A program made the position numbers and the translations under genes. Source: a bacterium (GTDB lineage: Bacteria; Auribacterota; UBA3054). From it: DNA of 64,000 nt. This document shows positions 8,944-18,380 of this stretch, piece by piece; the first letter of the stretch is position 1; each line of letters starts with the position of its first letter. The notes under the pieces were generated by a model. The model worked only from the letters and a program-made list of their open reading frames with translations, ran no database searches and was not told the DNA's origin. The stretch lies in the NCBI GenBank assembly GCA_017616555.1, contig JAFZXZ010000032.1:115862-179861 (forward strand), given 5' to 3'.

Positions 8944-10340
8944 CCAATCAGGAAAAGATGCAGATCCCAAGGCAAGCAATGCCTGAGCAGAAGCCGGAAG
9001 TCAGGCGCCGTAACTTCAGCGAGGTGCCCTTGGGCTTTTCTTTTGACACCGCCGTTCTGGAAGCGACGCGCTGCCTCAACTGCCCGAATCCCCGCTGCGT
9101 CACAGGCTGCCCGGTGCACGTCAACATACCGAAGTTTATCGCCGCTCTGGCTAATAAGGATCTTGCCGCTTCTTATGCTTCCCTTATAGCGGACAACAGT
9201 CTGCCGGCCGTCTGCGGCCGCGTCTGCCCGCAGGAAGTTCAGTGCGAAAACAAATGCATAGTCGGCATAAAAGGCGAGCCTGTTTCCATCGGGAGATTGG
9301 AGCGTTTCGTCGCTGACTGGCACAGGGAAAACGCCAGCAATGAGGAAACGCCGAAAGCGGAAGGCAAAAAGTTAGCCAAAGTCGCCGTCATCGGATCCGG
9401 ACCTTCTGGTTTGGCCTGCGCTTACGAACTTCTGAAAGCCGGAGTGGACGTCACGGTCTTCGAGGCTTTGCATGAGCCGGGCGGCGTTCTCGTTTACGGC
9501 ATTCCGGAATTCCGTCTGCCGAAAGCGATCGTCGCTTCCGAGATCGAAGGATTGAAAAAACTGGGCGCCAAGTTCGAGCTCAATTCCATAATCGGCCGCC
9601 TTTACACCATTGACGAGCTCATGCGGGACGAGGGCTATTCCGCCGTTTTCATCGGCAGCGGCGCCGGCACTCCGAAGTTCCTTAGAATTGAGGGCGAGAC
9701 CCTAAACGGCGTATATTCCTCCAACGAATTCCTAACGAGGGTGAACCTGATGAAGGCCTTCCGCGAAGACGCCACTACTCCGCCCATAAGAGGAAAACGC
9801 GTCGCGGTCTTCGGAGCGGGCAACACCGCCATGGACTCCGCCAGAACGGCCCTCAGGATGGGGTATGAGGAAGTTAATATCGTTTACCGCCGCTCCAGGG
9901 ACGAGATGCCCGCGAGGAAAGAGGAAATACACCATGCGGAAGAAGAGGGCGTGAAGTTCCTGCTCCTTTCCAATCCCATAAAATTCACGGGTGACGAGAA
10001 CGGAGATCTCAAGTCTGTTGTCTGCCAGAAAATGTGTTTGGGCGAGCCGGACGCTTCCGGCCGCAGAAGGCCCGTGCCCATTGAGGGCGAGACCTTCGAA
10101 CTGGAAATAGACACGGCGATCGTGGCGCTTGGTACTGAGGCCAATCCTCTCATCCGCCAGACTACGCCTGACCTTCCATGCAACGAATGGGGCTACATCG
10201 TGGCGGACGAAGAGGGGAGGACCGGAAAGAAGAGCGTTTACGCGGGCGGCGACATCGTCACCGGCTCCGCTACGGTAATAAAAGCGATGGGCGCCGGCAA
10301 AAGCGCCGCCCAAACGATCATCAAGGATCTGAATTTATAA
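8940..10340 (+). CDS. nfnB: NfnB / glutamate synthase small-chain-like NAD(P)H oxidoreductase
   Basis: Two N-terminal 4Fe-4S Cys clusters are followed by the FAD/NAD Rossmann motifs VAVIGSGPSGLACA and VAVFGAGNTAMD. Confidence 0.75.
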   Translation: MTNQEKMQIPRQAMPEQKPEVRRRNFSEVPLGFSFDTAVLEATRCLNCPNPRCVTGCPVHVNIPKFIAALANKDLAASYASLIADNSLPAVCGRVCPQEVQCENKCIVGIKGEPVSIGRLERFVADWHRENASNEETPKAEGKKLAKVAVIGSGPSGLACAYELLKAGVDVTVFEALHEPGGVLVYGIPEFRLPKAIVASEIEGLKKLGAKFELNSIIGRLYTIDELMRDEGYSAVFIGSGAGTPKFLRIEGETLNGVYSSNEFLTRVNLMKAFREDATTPPIRGKRVAVFGAGNTAMDSARTALRMGYEEVNIVYRRSRDEMPARKEEIHHAEEEGVKFLLLSNPIKFTGDENGDLKSVVCQKMCLGEPDASGRRRPVPIEGETFELEIDTAIVALGTEANPLIRQTTPDLPCNEWGYIVADEEGRTGKKSVYAGGDIVTGSATVIKAMGAGKSAAQTIIKDLNL

Positions 10341-10342
10341 TT

Positions 10343-11182
10343 ATGCGAGTTTTAGCTTACTACGGAAAAAACGATATTCGCGACGAGGAGTGGCCGCGCC
10401 AGAAGAAACTGCCCGAAGGGTACGTCAGGGTCGAAGTGCGCGCCGTTACGCTCGGCGAAAACGACCGCTACGCATACCAGGCTTGTGTTTGGCCCACCCC
10501 ATACATAGTGGGAAGCGCTGCGGCCGGCATTGTCATAGAAAGCACAAAGGAAGATCTTAAAGCGGGCCAGCCGGTGGTTGTGTGGCTTCCCAAGGACGCA
10601 CCGCAGGGCCTGGCGGCGGAAAACGTCTCCGTACCCGCAGACCGCGTCTGCAAGGTGGAGAAGGCCCTAAGTTACGCTACCCTTTCGTTTGCCCCGCACA
10701 TCGCAGCCCTTTTGGTCGCTTTGCCCAAGACGGAAAACGGCGTTTGCTGCGCAGTCCTGGGAGAATCTCTGCAAGCGGAAATATTGAAGCAGCTTCTGCC
10801 TTTGAAAGGGTACTCTCTGGCAAAAGAGGGAGAGACAGCGGAAATCACCTTCTTAACGAACGCGGACGCAAAGCTCCTTGATTTGGCCGTAGAAGTTACT
10901 AACAGGGGTGGAAAAGTACAAGTTGTTTCAATTGGCGATGATAGCTCTTGGGAGAAATGGCCGCTTGCCATGAGTAAGGGTTTATGCTTCAATTTTGACA
11001 CTGCCTTCTCTGGAGCTGAAGTCGAAGAGGCTGTAAGGCTCCTTACCGAGGGCGGTCTTTCCTCTGCCGCGGGACGCAAAGCCTTCATCTGGGACGATGT
11101 GGACAAAGCTTTCCAGGCTTTGGGCGAAGGGTCAGCGGTGACTTTAGCCCAGGAAAGTTTTCCTGAACCATATTTCCCCTGA
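10343..11182 (+). CDS. MDR (zinc-dependent dehydrogenase)-like protein with degenerate motifs
   Basis: The start codon was reset to the ATG at 10343, preceded by TAA and a short spacer. It has an ADH-like fold signature (GSAAAGIVIES). The catalytic His/Cys ligands and the GxGxxG motif are degenerate. Confidence 0.4.
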   Translation: MRVLAYYGKNDIRDEEWPRQKKLPEGYVRVEVRAVTLGENDRYAYQACVWPTPYIVGSAAAGIVIESTKEDLKAGQPVVVWLPKDAPQGLAAENVSVPADRVCKVEKALSYATLSFAPHIAALLVALPKTENGVCCAVLGESLQAEILKQLLPLKGYSLAKEGETAEITFLTNADAKLLDLAVEVTNRGGKVQVVSIGDDSSWEKWPLAMSKGLCFNFDTAFSGAEVEEAVRLLTEGGLSSAAGRKAFIWDDVDKAFQALGEGSAVTLAQESFPEPYFP

Positions 11183-11190
11183 AAAATAAA

Positions 11191-11511
11191 ATGCGTTTCC
11201 TTCTCTCCCTTACCGCCATACTGCTCCTTTCTGGCTGCGCCAGCGAGTCGCCCGAAATTATCGCTTACTCTCTTGAAGAACAGGCTATGGTAATAGACGA
11301 CGTCTGTCTTGTTGAAACGAAAGCGGAAGAGGAAACGGTCGCTGATTACGAAGACGAGGAGATCTTCATTACGGCCACTGCCGCTCCGGAAGAAGGCGAG
11401 CAGTTCGCCCTCTCCATAGGCAACGAGATCGAGGACACCTTAAGATCCCTTAGGAAGAAGGAAGCCTTCATCGACAGGAAGGCGCGCTTCTTAGGCTACG
11501 ACGGGAAGTAA
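11191..11511 (+). CDS. small acidic lipoprotein
   Basis: It has a signal peptide with lipobox LLSGC. The mature part is highly acidic. Confidence 0.5.
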   Translation: MRFLLSLTAILLLSGCASESPEIIAYSLEEQAMVIDDVCLVETKAEEETVADYEDEEIFITATAAPEEGEQFALSIGNEIEDTLRSLRKKEAFIDRKARFLGYDGK

Positions 11512-11535
11512 AGAAAATTAAATTGAATAAAAAAA

Positions 11536-11563
11536 GCGGGGCTTCAAGCCCCGCTCTTTTTTT
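11536..11563. terminator. bidirectional rho-independent terminator
   Basis: The hairpin gcggggc-ttcaa-gccccgc is flanked by an A-run and a T-run. It sits between convergent genes. Confidence 0.7.
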
Positions 11564-11564
11564 A

Positions 11565-12719
11565 TCAGAAGATCGTCGATACCAAAAGGTAAACATAGTG
11601 CGCGAAAACGCCGGCGCACAGTCCGCCTATGGTGTGCGAGATCAAAGCCTTGCTGATGACGTTGCGGTATCCCAGGGCGTCTAACATCGCCGTGTGGGTG
11701 CTAAGGTATCCGCTCCAGCACATGCCGATGGCCGTGAAGACCGCGATGTCGTTCGGCTTGACATTAAGTTTCGGGACCAATCCCAAGGCGCTGCCGACGG
11801 AGCCCATGGCGGTAAGCGGGAAAGCGATGTTCTCGGGGCTTTCAAAACCGAAGAGCCAATATATGGGATACTTCAAAAAGCCGCAGATCTTCGGAAGCCA
11901 CTCGACGCCTTCGTAAGCGGCGCCGCAGTAACCGACGGCGGGATCCTTCGGGCCGAAGGTGATCATCATGACGAAGGTGCAGATGATGACGACGCCGGGG
12001 ATGATGGCCAGGCCGACTTCCACGCCGTTTTTGCCGCCGTCAAGGATGCCGTTCAAAAAGCGGGCGAAAAGATTCTCTTCCTTAAAAACGCCCTCCTCCT
12101 TTTCTTTTTCCTCGATCCTTCTAAGCTCTTCTTCCGTTATGGCCGGTTCGTCGCCGACTATCGGCTTAACAAGGAACTGCATTATCCTCGTAGAGACGAC
12201 GGCGCCGAAGACCGCGCCGAAAAAGCCTACGGCGGCGGCCGTGACGAAGCCTTCGCCCTCCAGGCTCATCATGTAGGTCAAAACGATAAGCCCCATACCG
12301 AAAGCCGTGCCGAAGTTCGTCAGCGAAACGAGCTGATACTTTTTGAAGAAACGGCTGAAGGCGCGATCCTTCGCCAGGGCTATGATCGAGGGATTGTCGG
12401 AGAAGAAAGTCATCACCCCGCCAAGCGCCGCGGCGCCGGGAAGATTGAAGATCGGCTTCATGAAGATCCTCAGGAGCTTTTCAAGGGCGGCAACGACGCC
12501 GAATTCAATAAGAAGGGCGGAAAGGGCGCCGGCCAGGACGCAGACCGCCATCAGATAAAAGCAGGTGTTGAGAAGAAGATCGTGGCCGGTGAACATGATC
12601 GTCCTGACCATGTTCTTGGCGCCCATGGTGTGGGCCATGGCTCCGAAAACCGCCAGGAACACTATAAGGAAGATGACGGGCTCCAGCGCCTTCGGTATCA
12701 GTTTTTTCTTTTCAGACAT
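11565..12719 (-). CDS. polytopic inner-membrane protein (putative transporter, nucleoside-recognition/Gate-like)
   Basis: It has about ten hydrophobic helices and a central EEELRRIEEKEKEE loop. No confident family assignment was made. Confidence 0.45.
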   Translation of the reverse strand: MSEKKKLIPKALEPVIFLIVFLAVFGAMAHTMGAKNMVRTIMFTGHDLLLNTCFYLMAVCVLAGALSALLIEFGVVAALEKLLRIFMKPIFNLPGAAALGGVMTFFSDNPSIIALAKDRAFSRFFKKYQLVSLTNFGTAFGMGLIVLTYMMSLEGEGFVTAAAVGFFGAVFGAVVSTRIMQFLVKPIVGDEPAITEEELRRIEEKEKEEGVFKEENLFARFLNGILDGGKNGVEVGLAIIPGVVIICTFVMMITFGPKDPAVGYCGAAYEGVEWLPKICGFLKYPIYWLFGFESPENIAFPLTAMGSVGSALGLVPKLNVKPNDIAVFTAIGMCWSGYLSTHTAMLDALGYRNVISKALISHTIGGLCAGVFAHYVYLLVSTIF

Positions 12720-12829
12720 AGATTTCCCTCATTATTTTGGGGGATATTATATTTTAAATTCCTTTCCCAGACAAGGGGAAAGATCACGCTGTATATTCTT
12801 AAACGGCATATTTAGTAAAATAAACAAAT

Positions 12830-14215
12830 ATGGATAATGAAATAAACACGAATGAGCAAGTGAAAGGCTGGGAGATCATGAAGAAGATCATCAAGGTCTC
12901 CTTCCCGATGCTCATAACCAACGCCTCTTTCGCGGTCCTTTTGTTCTGCGACCGCATGATGCTGGCCCATTATGAACTGGACGCCGCGGGCGCCTCCATG
13001 GGCGCCGGCGTCCTCTCCTTTACGGTTCAGAGCTTTTTCGCCGGCGTGGCGCTTTACACCACCACGCTGGTCGCGCAGTATTTCGGCGCCAAGGACAAGA
13101 AGATGGTCTCCGTCTCCGTCTGGCAGAGCCTTTATTTCGTCTGGCTGGTCGGCAGCACCGTGCCTTTCCTCACGAGGCCCTTGGGCATGTTCATTTTGGA
13201 GAAGGCAGCGCATTCCCCGAACATTCTCGTGATGGAGAAAGCCTATTTTTCCTACGTGGCTTTCTACATGATCATCCCTTTGACGAATATCGTGCTGTCG
13301 AGCTTTTTCAACGGCCGCTCAATGGTCTGGGTCTCCACCATCGCCAACGTTTTCGGCTGCATAGCCAACGTCTTTTTGAATTACGTCTTCATCTTCGGAA
13401 AATACGGTGTTCCGGAAATGGGTATTGAGGGCGCTGCAATAGCGACCATCATCGCCGGATTTATGACGACGCTGGCGCTTTTTTCCTTCATCGTCTGCAT
13501 GCCTTCCACGAGGGAATATTCCTTCTTTGGCGCCTGGCGTTTTAGGAAATCGTCATTCCTTAACCTTCTCAGGTTCGGACTTCCGACCGGCTTGATGTTC
13601 GGACTCGACAACGCCGCCTTCGCGGCGCAGATCCTTTTCACCGGGAGAATAAGCGACGACGCTCTGAACGCCACCACCGTGATCTTCAGCATACAGAACC
13701 TTATATTCCTGCCGATCCTTTCCGTGGCCCACGGCGCGGCCATCATAATGGCGCAGTTCATCGGCATGGACAGGAAGGATCTCGGGAAGAAGGCTGTTTA
13801 TCAGGGGCTTTTGCTCGGCGAGATCCTGGTCGTCGTAATCGCTGTTGTCATCATAGCTTTCACAAGGGAGATCTTCGACACTTTCTGCGGCGGGAAGCAT
13901 ACGGAAGCGATCTACGTGATGACGAGGAATCTTCTCTACACCATGATGATCTTCAACTTCGCGGACGTTTTCAACGTCGGCCTTAACAACGCCCTGCGCT
14001 CGGCAGGGGACACCGTCTTCCCGATGGTCACTTCTGTCTCTCTCAGCTGGCTCTTCTTCGTGCCGGCGCTTTATCTGGCGACGGAAGTCATGCACCTCGG
14101 CATCTACTCCGTGTGGTCCATAACGGGCGTGCTTTTTTTAGTCTCCGCGATCATTTACTGGGCTCGCTTCAAAAGCGGCAAGTGGCAGACGTTCCAGGTC
14201 ATGGAAAAGAATTAA
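12830..14215 (+). CDS. MATE-family multidrug efflux transporter
   Basis: It has 12 TM segments with a MATE-like N-terminus (IIKVSFPMLITNASFAVLLFCDRMMLAH). The start codon could be the M at 12881. Confidence 0.8.
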   Translation: MDNEINTNEQVKGWEIMKKIIKVSFPMLITNASFAVLLFCDRMMLAHYELDAAGASMGAGVLSFTVQSFFAGVALYTTTLVAQYFGAKDKKMVSVSVWQSLYFVWLVGSTVPFLTRPLGMFILEKAAHSPNILVMEKAYFSYVAFYMIIPLTNIVLSSFFNGRSMVWVSTIANVFGCIANVFLNYVFIFGKYGVPEMGIEGAAIATIIAGFMTTLALFSFIVCMPSTREYSFFGAWRFRKSSFLNLLRFGLPTGLMFGLDNAAFAAQILFTGRISDDALNATTVIFSIQNLIFLPILSVAHGAAIIMAQFIGMDRKDLGKKAVYQGLLLGEILVVVIAVVIIAFTREIFDTFCGGKHTEAIYVMTRNLLYTMMIFNFADVFNVGLNNALRSAGDTVFPMVTSVSLSWLFFVPALYLATEVMHLGIYSVWSITGVLFLVSAIIYWARFKSGKWQTFQVMEKN

Positions 14216-14286
14216 AAATATCGTTGGATTTGAGATCTGAAATTGATAAAATAATAGAAAAATCAAAAATATAAGGAGAAAAACTT

Positions 14287-15528
14287 ATGGCATTGACCGT
14301 CAATGAACTTAAAGGCAAAAAACTCGGCGTCTGCGTGTCAGGCGGCTTGGACAGCAAAACTATTTCCGTCAGGTTAAGGGAAGCCGGTGCGAAAGTTCTG
14401 TGCTTCACGGCTGACTTAGGCCAGCCCGACGAAAAGGACATCCGCGACGTGGCTAAGAAAATGGCCCCCTGCGGCGTCAAGACCGTCATAGTGGACGTCA
14501 AGAAAGAGATGGCGGAAGCCTGCTTCAAGACGATCATGGCGGAAGCCACTTACGACGGCGGCTACTGGAACTCCACCGGCATCGGCCGCGCCGTGACCGT
14601 GAAAAAGCTCGTTCTGGAAATGAAGAAGCGCGGCATCGACATCCTGGTCCACGGCGCCACCGGCCGCGGCAACGACCAGATGAGGTTCGAGCGCTACACC
14701 AACCAGTTCGCTCCCAAGATGACGGTTTACGCCCCCTGGCGCGACGGTGCGCTTTTGAAAGAATTCCCGGGCCGCACCCAGATGTGCGAATACCTAGCCA
14801 AGCACGGCATCATCGCTTTCCCGGGCGGCAAGAAGCGCTATTCCACCGACTGCAACGTCGCCGGCCTTTCCCACGAGGCTGAGGACCTTGAAAGCATGGA
14901 GACCGCCATGACGATCGTCGAACCGACCATGGGTGTCTGGCCCATGCAGGCTCCCAATAAGATCGAGAGCGTCGAGATCGAATTCAAGGAAGGCCGTCCC
15001 GTGGCCATCAACGGCGAGAAGCTGAAACCCTTCGACCTTCTGGTCAAGGCTAACGAAGTGGGCGGACGCAACGGCATCGGCATGAGCCACGCGCTGGAAA
15101 ACCGCATCATCGGCACCAAGAGCCGCGGCGTTTACGAAGCCCCGGGCATGGAGCTCTTGGGCAAATCTCTGCGCTACGTCTATCACGCCATTCTTGACAA
15201 GCGCGCCACCACCATGTTCGACCGTCTCTCCCGCTTCATCGCGGTGCAGATCTACGACGGCCGCTACTACGACCTCGCTACGAAAGCGGCCTTTGCGGCA
15301 ATCGACACCTTCGCCGCCAAAGCCACCGGCAAGGTCAAAGTCGGCCTCTACAAGGGCAACATCTTCTTCCAGTCCCTGACGGGCGTCAAAGCCAGCCTCT
15401 ACTTCGAAGCCGACGCCTCCATGGAAGCCAGCAAGGGATTGAATCCCGTGAGCTCCCAGGGCTTCGCCGAGATACAGAGCGTGGAAGCCCGCTCCATGGC
15501 CAAGGCCGGCCAGGTTTCCGAAGAATGA
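14287..15528 (+). CDS. argG: argininosuccinate synthase
   Basis: The PP-loop ATPase motif is present (GKKLGVCVSGGLDSK). The ArgG signature is present throughout. An RBS aaggag lies upstream. Confidence 0.9.
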   Translation: MALTVNELKGKKLGVCVSGGLDSKTISVRLREAGAKVLCFTADLGQPDEKDIRDVAKKMAPCGVKTVIVDVKKEMAEACFKTIMAEATYDGGYWNSTGIGRAVTVKKLVLEMKKRGIDILVHGATGRGNDQMRFERYTNQFAPKMTVYAPWRDGALLKEFPGRTQMCEYLAKHGIIAFPGGKKRYSTDCNVAGLSHEAEDLESMETAMTIVEPTMGVWPMQAPNKIESVEIEFKEGRPVAINGEKLKPFDLLVKANEVGGRNGIGMSHALENRIIGTKSRGVYEAPGMELLGKSLRYVYHAILDKRATTMFDRLSRFIAVQIYDGRYYDLATKAAFAAIDTFAAKATGKVKVGLYKGNIFFQSLTGVKASLYFEADASMEASKGLNPVSSQGFAEIQSVEARSMAKAGQVSEE

Positions 15529-15555
15529 TATCCTTAAAAAACGGCACAAAAAAAA

Positions 15556-15584
15556 GACGCGCTTCATGCGCGTCTTTTTTTTTT
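15556..15584. terminator. bidirectional rho-independent terminator
   Basis: The hairpin gacgcgc-ttcat-gcgcgtc has an A-run upstream and a 10-T run downstream. Confidence 0.7.
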
Positions 15585-15601
15585 GGCCGATAAACTTTGT
15601 C

Positions 15602-16447
15602 TTACAATTCTGCCGAAGCGCAGCGGGCGGCGTGGCAGTTGAGGCAGATCGCGACTGGAAGACTGGCAATGTGGCAGGGAGACGTTTCGATGAAAAGGTC
15701 GAGAACGGTGGGGGAGCCGCCTAAGCCCAGAGGTCCCTGTCCCGTTGCGTTCAATTCCGCCTTCAGCTCTTCTTCAAAGTCGGCGTAGAACTCGTTTTTA
15801 TTGCGTTCGCCGATCTTTCTTGTCAGGGCTTTTTTGGCGAGAGTCGGGGCTTTGGAGCCGTCGCCGCCTAGGCCTACGCCGACGACCAAGGGGGGGCAGG
15901 CGTTGCCGCCGGAATTTTTGACGGCTTCAATTACGGCTTTCTTTACGCCATCTTTCCCGTCGGCGGGGCGGAGCATTATTAGTTTCGTCATGTTCTCGCA
16001 GCCGGCGCCCTTGGGGAGGACGGTGACTTTCACCTTTTCGCCGTCAATTGGAATAACGGTAAGGGAGGCGGGAGTGTTGTCGTTGGTGTTCACTCTGTCA
16101 AGAGGATCTTTTACTATGGAGCGGCGGAGATAGGCTTCTTCCACGGCTTTTCTGACGCCGTTGTCAACCGCTTCCTGAAGCGTTCCTTTGTCCAGAGAGA
16201 CCTGCGCTCCCCACTCGATGAAGACAACGGTCGTGCCGGTGTCCTGGCAGACGGGGAGCTTGTCATTTTTGGCAAGCGAAGCGTTTTCGCAGATGAGTTC
16301 GAGGACCTGTTCTGAGCGGCTGCCGTCGTCGGCGCTGGCCAAGGCGGTTTTCAGGGCTTCGCTGACGTCTTCGGGCAAAACGACGCACGCCTCTTTAAGG
16401 AGGGAGCAGACGGTCGAGGTTAGCGCTTCGCTTGCAAGAACGCGCAT
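15602..16447 (-). CDS. class I fumarate hydratase / Fe-S hydro-lyase, alpha (N-terminal) subunit
   Basis: KLPVCQDTGTTVVFIEWGAQV and the overall match are typical of the tartrate/fumarate hydro-lyase alpha subunit. No beta subunit is adjacent. Confidence 0.7.
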   Translation of the reverse strand: MRVLASEALTSTVCSLLKEACVVLPEDVSEALKTALASADDGSRSEQVLELICENASLAKNDKLPVCQDTGTTVVFIEWGAQVSLDKGTLQEAVDNGVRKAVEEAYLRRSIVKDPLDRVNTNDNTPASLTVIPIDGEKVKVTVLPKGAGCENMTKLIMLRPADGKDGVKKAVIEAVKNSGGNACPPLVVGVGLGGDGSKAPTLAKKALTRKIGERNKNEFYADFEEELKAELNATGQGPLGLGGSPTVLDLFIETSPCHIASLPVAICLNCHAARCASAEL

Positions 16448-16450
16448 TTT

Positions 16451-16939
16451 TTACTGGGCGATGATGTCGTTGTTGCAGTAGGGGCAGCGGACTCTCTGGC
16501 CTTTCACATTGATGGTCACGAGTTTGCCGCAGTGCGGGCAGGCGTAAACGTTGTTGGCCTGCTGGGCGGTCGGAGCGATGGTGGCGGCGGGCACGGTGGT
16601 GTACTGCTGTTGCTGCTGGTACTGCTGCTGGTATTGCGTCTGCTGGGCGATCTGGAGGGCGGCGTCAGCCTTTTCGTTGGCTTCCTCGGCCTGGCCGGTG
16701 GCATAACCCTGGCTGGCGCCTAGCAGGGCGCCGATGCCGGCTCCCATGCCGCTTCCGATGGCGACGCCCGCGCCCGGGTGTCCGACCTGATTGCCGATGA
16801 TCGCACCGATACCGGCGCCTAAACCGGCGCCTAAAGTCGTGCCGATGGCCGTTCCGTAACCTACGTTTCTTTCAGTGGTGGTGCAGCCGGTGACCACAAG
16901 GATGGCTGCCAGAGCGATGATGGTAAAAATGCGGATCAT
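16451..16939 (-). CDS. glycine-zipper lipoprotein with Q-rich linker and C-terminal zinc ribbon
   Basis: It has a lipobox VVTGC and GxxxG repeats (GAGLGAGIGAIIGNQVG...). A QQYQQQQQY tract follows. The C-terminus has CPHCG...CPYCN. Confidence 0.55.
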   Translation of the reverse strand: MIRIFTIIALAAILVVTGCTTTERNVGYGTAIGTTLGAGLGAGIGAIIGNQVGHPGAGVAIGSGMGAGIGALLGASQGYATGQAEEANEKADAALQIAQQTQYQQQYQQQQQYTTVPAATIAPTAQQANNVYACPHCGKLVTINVKGQRVRCPYCNNDIIAQ

Positions 16940-16959
16940 AGTTCGTCTCTTTTTGTTTA

Positions 16960-18213
16960 TTATTCTTTGGGGCCGAAACCGTAGTGTTCGGCGACGTAGT
17001 CGATGTCTTTGTCGCCGCGGCCGCTTAAGTTCACAAGGATGCTTTCATAGGGGCGCTTCTTGGCTTCGCGCATGGCCAGAGCCAGGGCGTGGGAGCTTTC
17101 CAAGGCCGGGATGATGCCTTCCACTCTGGAAAGCGTGAAGAAAGCGTTGATGCATTCGTCGTCGGAGACGGTCTCGTACTTGGTGCGGCCGTTCTCCTTT
17201 AAGTAAACGTGCTCGGGGCCGATGCCGGGATAGTCGAGGCCGCTGGCGACGGAATGGACGGGAGCGGTCTCGCCCTTTTCGTCCTGGATGACGAGGGTGT
17301 TCATGCCGTGCAAAAGTCCGGGCTTGCCGATCGTCAGAGTCGCGGCGTTGTCGCCGATCTTCATGGAACGGCCGCCGGGCTCGGCGCCGATCAGTTCAAC
17401 GGACGGATCATTAAGGAAGCCCGAGAAGATGCCCATGGCGTTGCTGCCGCCGCCGACGCAGGCAGTCACCAGATCGGGCAGGTTGCCGGTCATTTCCAGG
17501 AACTGCTCCCTCGCTTCATGGCCGACCACGGACTGAAAGTCCCTGACGAGCATGGGGAAGGGGTGCGGTCCGCAGACGGAGCCGATGCAGTAGATGGCGG
17601 TGTCGAACTGTTTGATGTAATCCTTGAAAGCGACGTCAATGGCTTCTTTGAGGGCGCGTCCGCCTTCTTTGACGGCGATGACGTTGGCGCCCAGGATCTT
17701 CATTCTCGTAACGTTGGGAGCCTGCTTAAGAACGTCGATCTCACCCATGTACACGTCGCACTCCAAACCGAAATACGCGGCCGCGGTCGCGATGGCGACG
17801 CCGTGTTGGCCGGCGCCGGTCTCGGCGATGAGTTTCTTCTTGCCCATGTATTTGGCGAGCAATCCTTCGCCCATGCAGTGGTTAAGCTTGTGGGCGCCGG
17901 TGTGGTTCAGGTCTTCTCTCTTAAGATAGATCCTGGCGCCGCCAATTTTTTCCGAGAGGCGCTTGCAGTAATAGACCGGGGTGGGGCGGCCCTGGAAGTG
18001 GGTCCTGATGTCGCGGAGTTCCCTGATGAAATCGGCGGACTGGCTGATCTGGCGGTAGGCCGCGGCGATCTTCTTCATCTCCTCTTCCAGAGGACCGACG
18101 TTGATTATGCCGCCGTACGGGCCGTAAAAGCCGTCGGTGTTGGGGAAATCATGGAAATAATCGTAGGAATAACTCTTTTCTGACATTGTCGCTCCTCTTT
18201 GGAATTTAAGCAT
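16960..18213 (-). CDS. trpB: tryptophan synthase beta chain (stand-alone)
   Basis: It has the PLP-lysine region ([10 protein letters not shown]) and the GGGSNAMG motif. No trpA is adjacent. Confidence 0.8.
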   Translation of the reverse strand: MLKFQRGATMSEKSYSYDYFHDFPNTDGFYGPYGGIINVGPLEEEMKKIAAAYRQISQSADFIRELRDIRTHFQGRPTPVYYCKRLSEKIGGARIYLKREDLNHTGAHKLNHCMGEGLLAKYMGKKKLIAETGAGQHGVAIATAAAYFGLECDVYMGEIDVLKQAPNVTRMKILGANVIAVKEGGRALKEAIDVAFKDYIKQFDTAIYCIGSVCGPHPFPMLVRDFQSVVGHEAREQFLEMTGNLPDLVTACVGGGSNAMGIFSGFLNDPSVELIGAEPGGRSMKIGDNAATLTIGKPGLLHGMNTLVIQDEKGETAPVHSVASGLDYPGIGPEHVYLKENGRTKYETVSDDECINAFFTLSRVEGIIPALESSHALALAMREAKKRPYESILVNLSGRGDKDIDYVAEHYGFGPKE

Positions 18214-18326
18214 AATTATCTACTGAATACTACCACAAAATTGGGATAAATTCAAGGTAAAAAGACTGATTGGCGAAGGATTTTCCGCCCCTTGGCACGC
18301 GCTCCTCAAATCATTTTTGATTATGG

Positions 18327-18372
18327 TATAATAAAAAATACTATTACTTTAAATTTAAGCGAAAATAAGGAG
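18327..18372 (+). promoter_or_regulatory. AT-rich putative promoter/RBS region upstream of the 18381 gene
   Basis: A tataat hexamer lies at ~18327-18332 and an aaggag RBS at 18367-18372. The -35 element is weak. Confidence 0.25.
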
Positions 18373-18380
18373 TACTTTAC

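Noticed and set aside
11694-12815. 373-aa + strand ORF (Arg/Asp/Gly-rich)
   Set aside because: It is antisense to the polytopic membrane protein gene at 11565..12719. Its composition is a typical high-GC shadow frame.
14794-15669. 291-aa minus-strand ORF
   Set aside because: It is antisense to argG, which has unambiguous motifs.
17209-18183. 324-aa + strand ORF
   Set aside because: It is antisense to trpB.
18214-18380. Possible FMN riboswitch upstream of the rib genes, or TPP riboswitch upstream of thiD
   Set aside because: The region is AT-rich and short with no conserved FMN-element stems. thiD follows pgk by 3 nt, leaving no leader.
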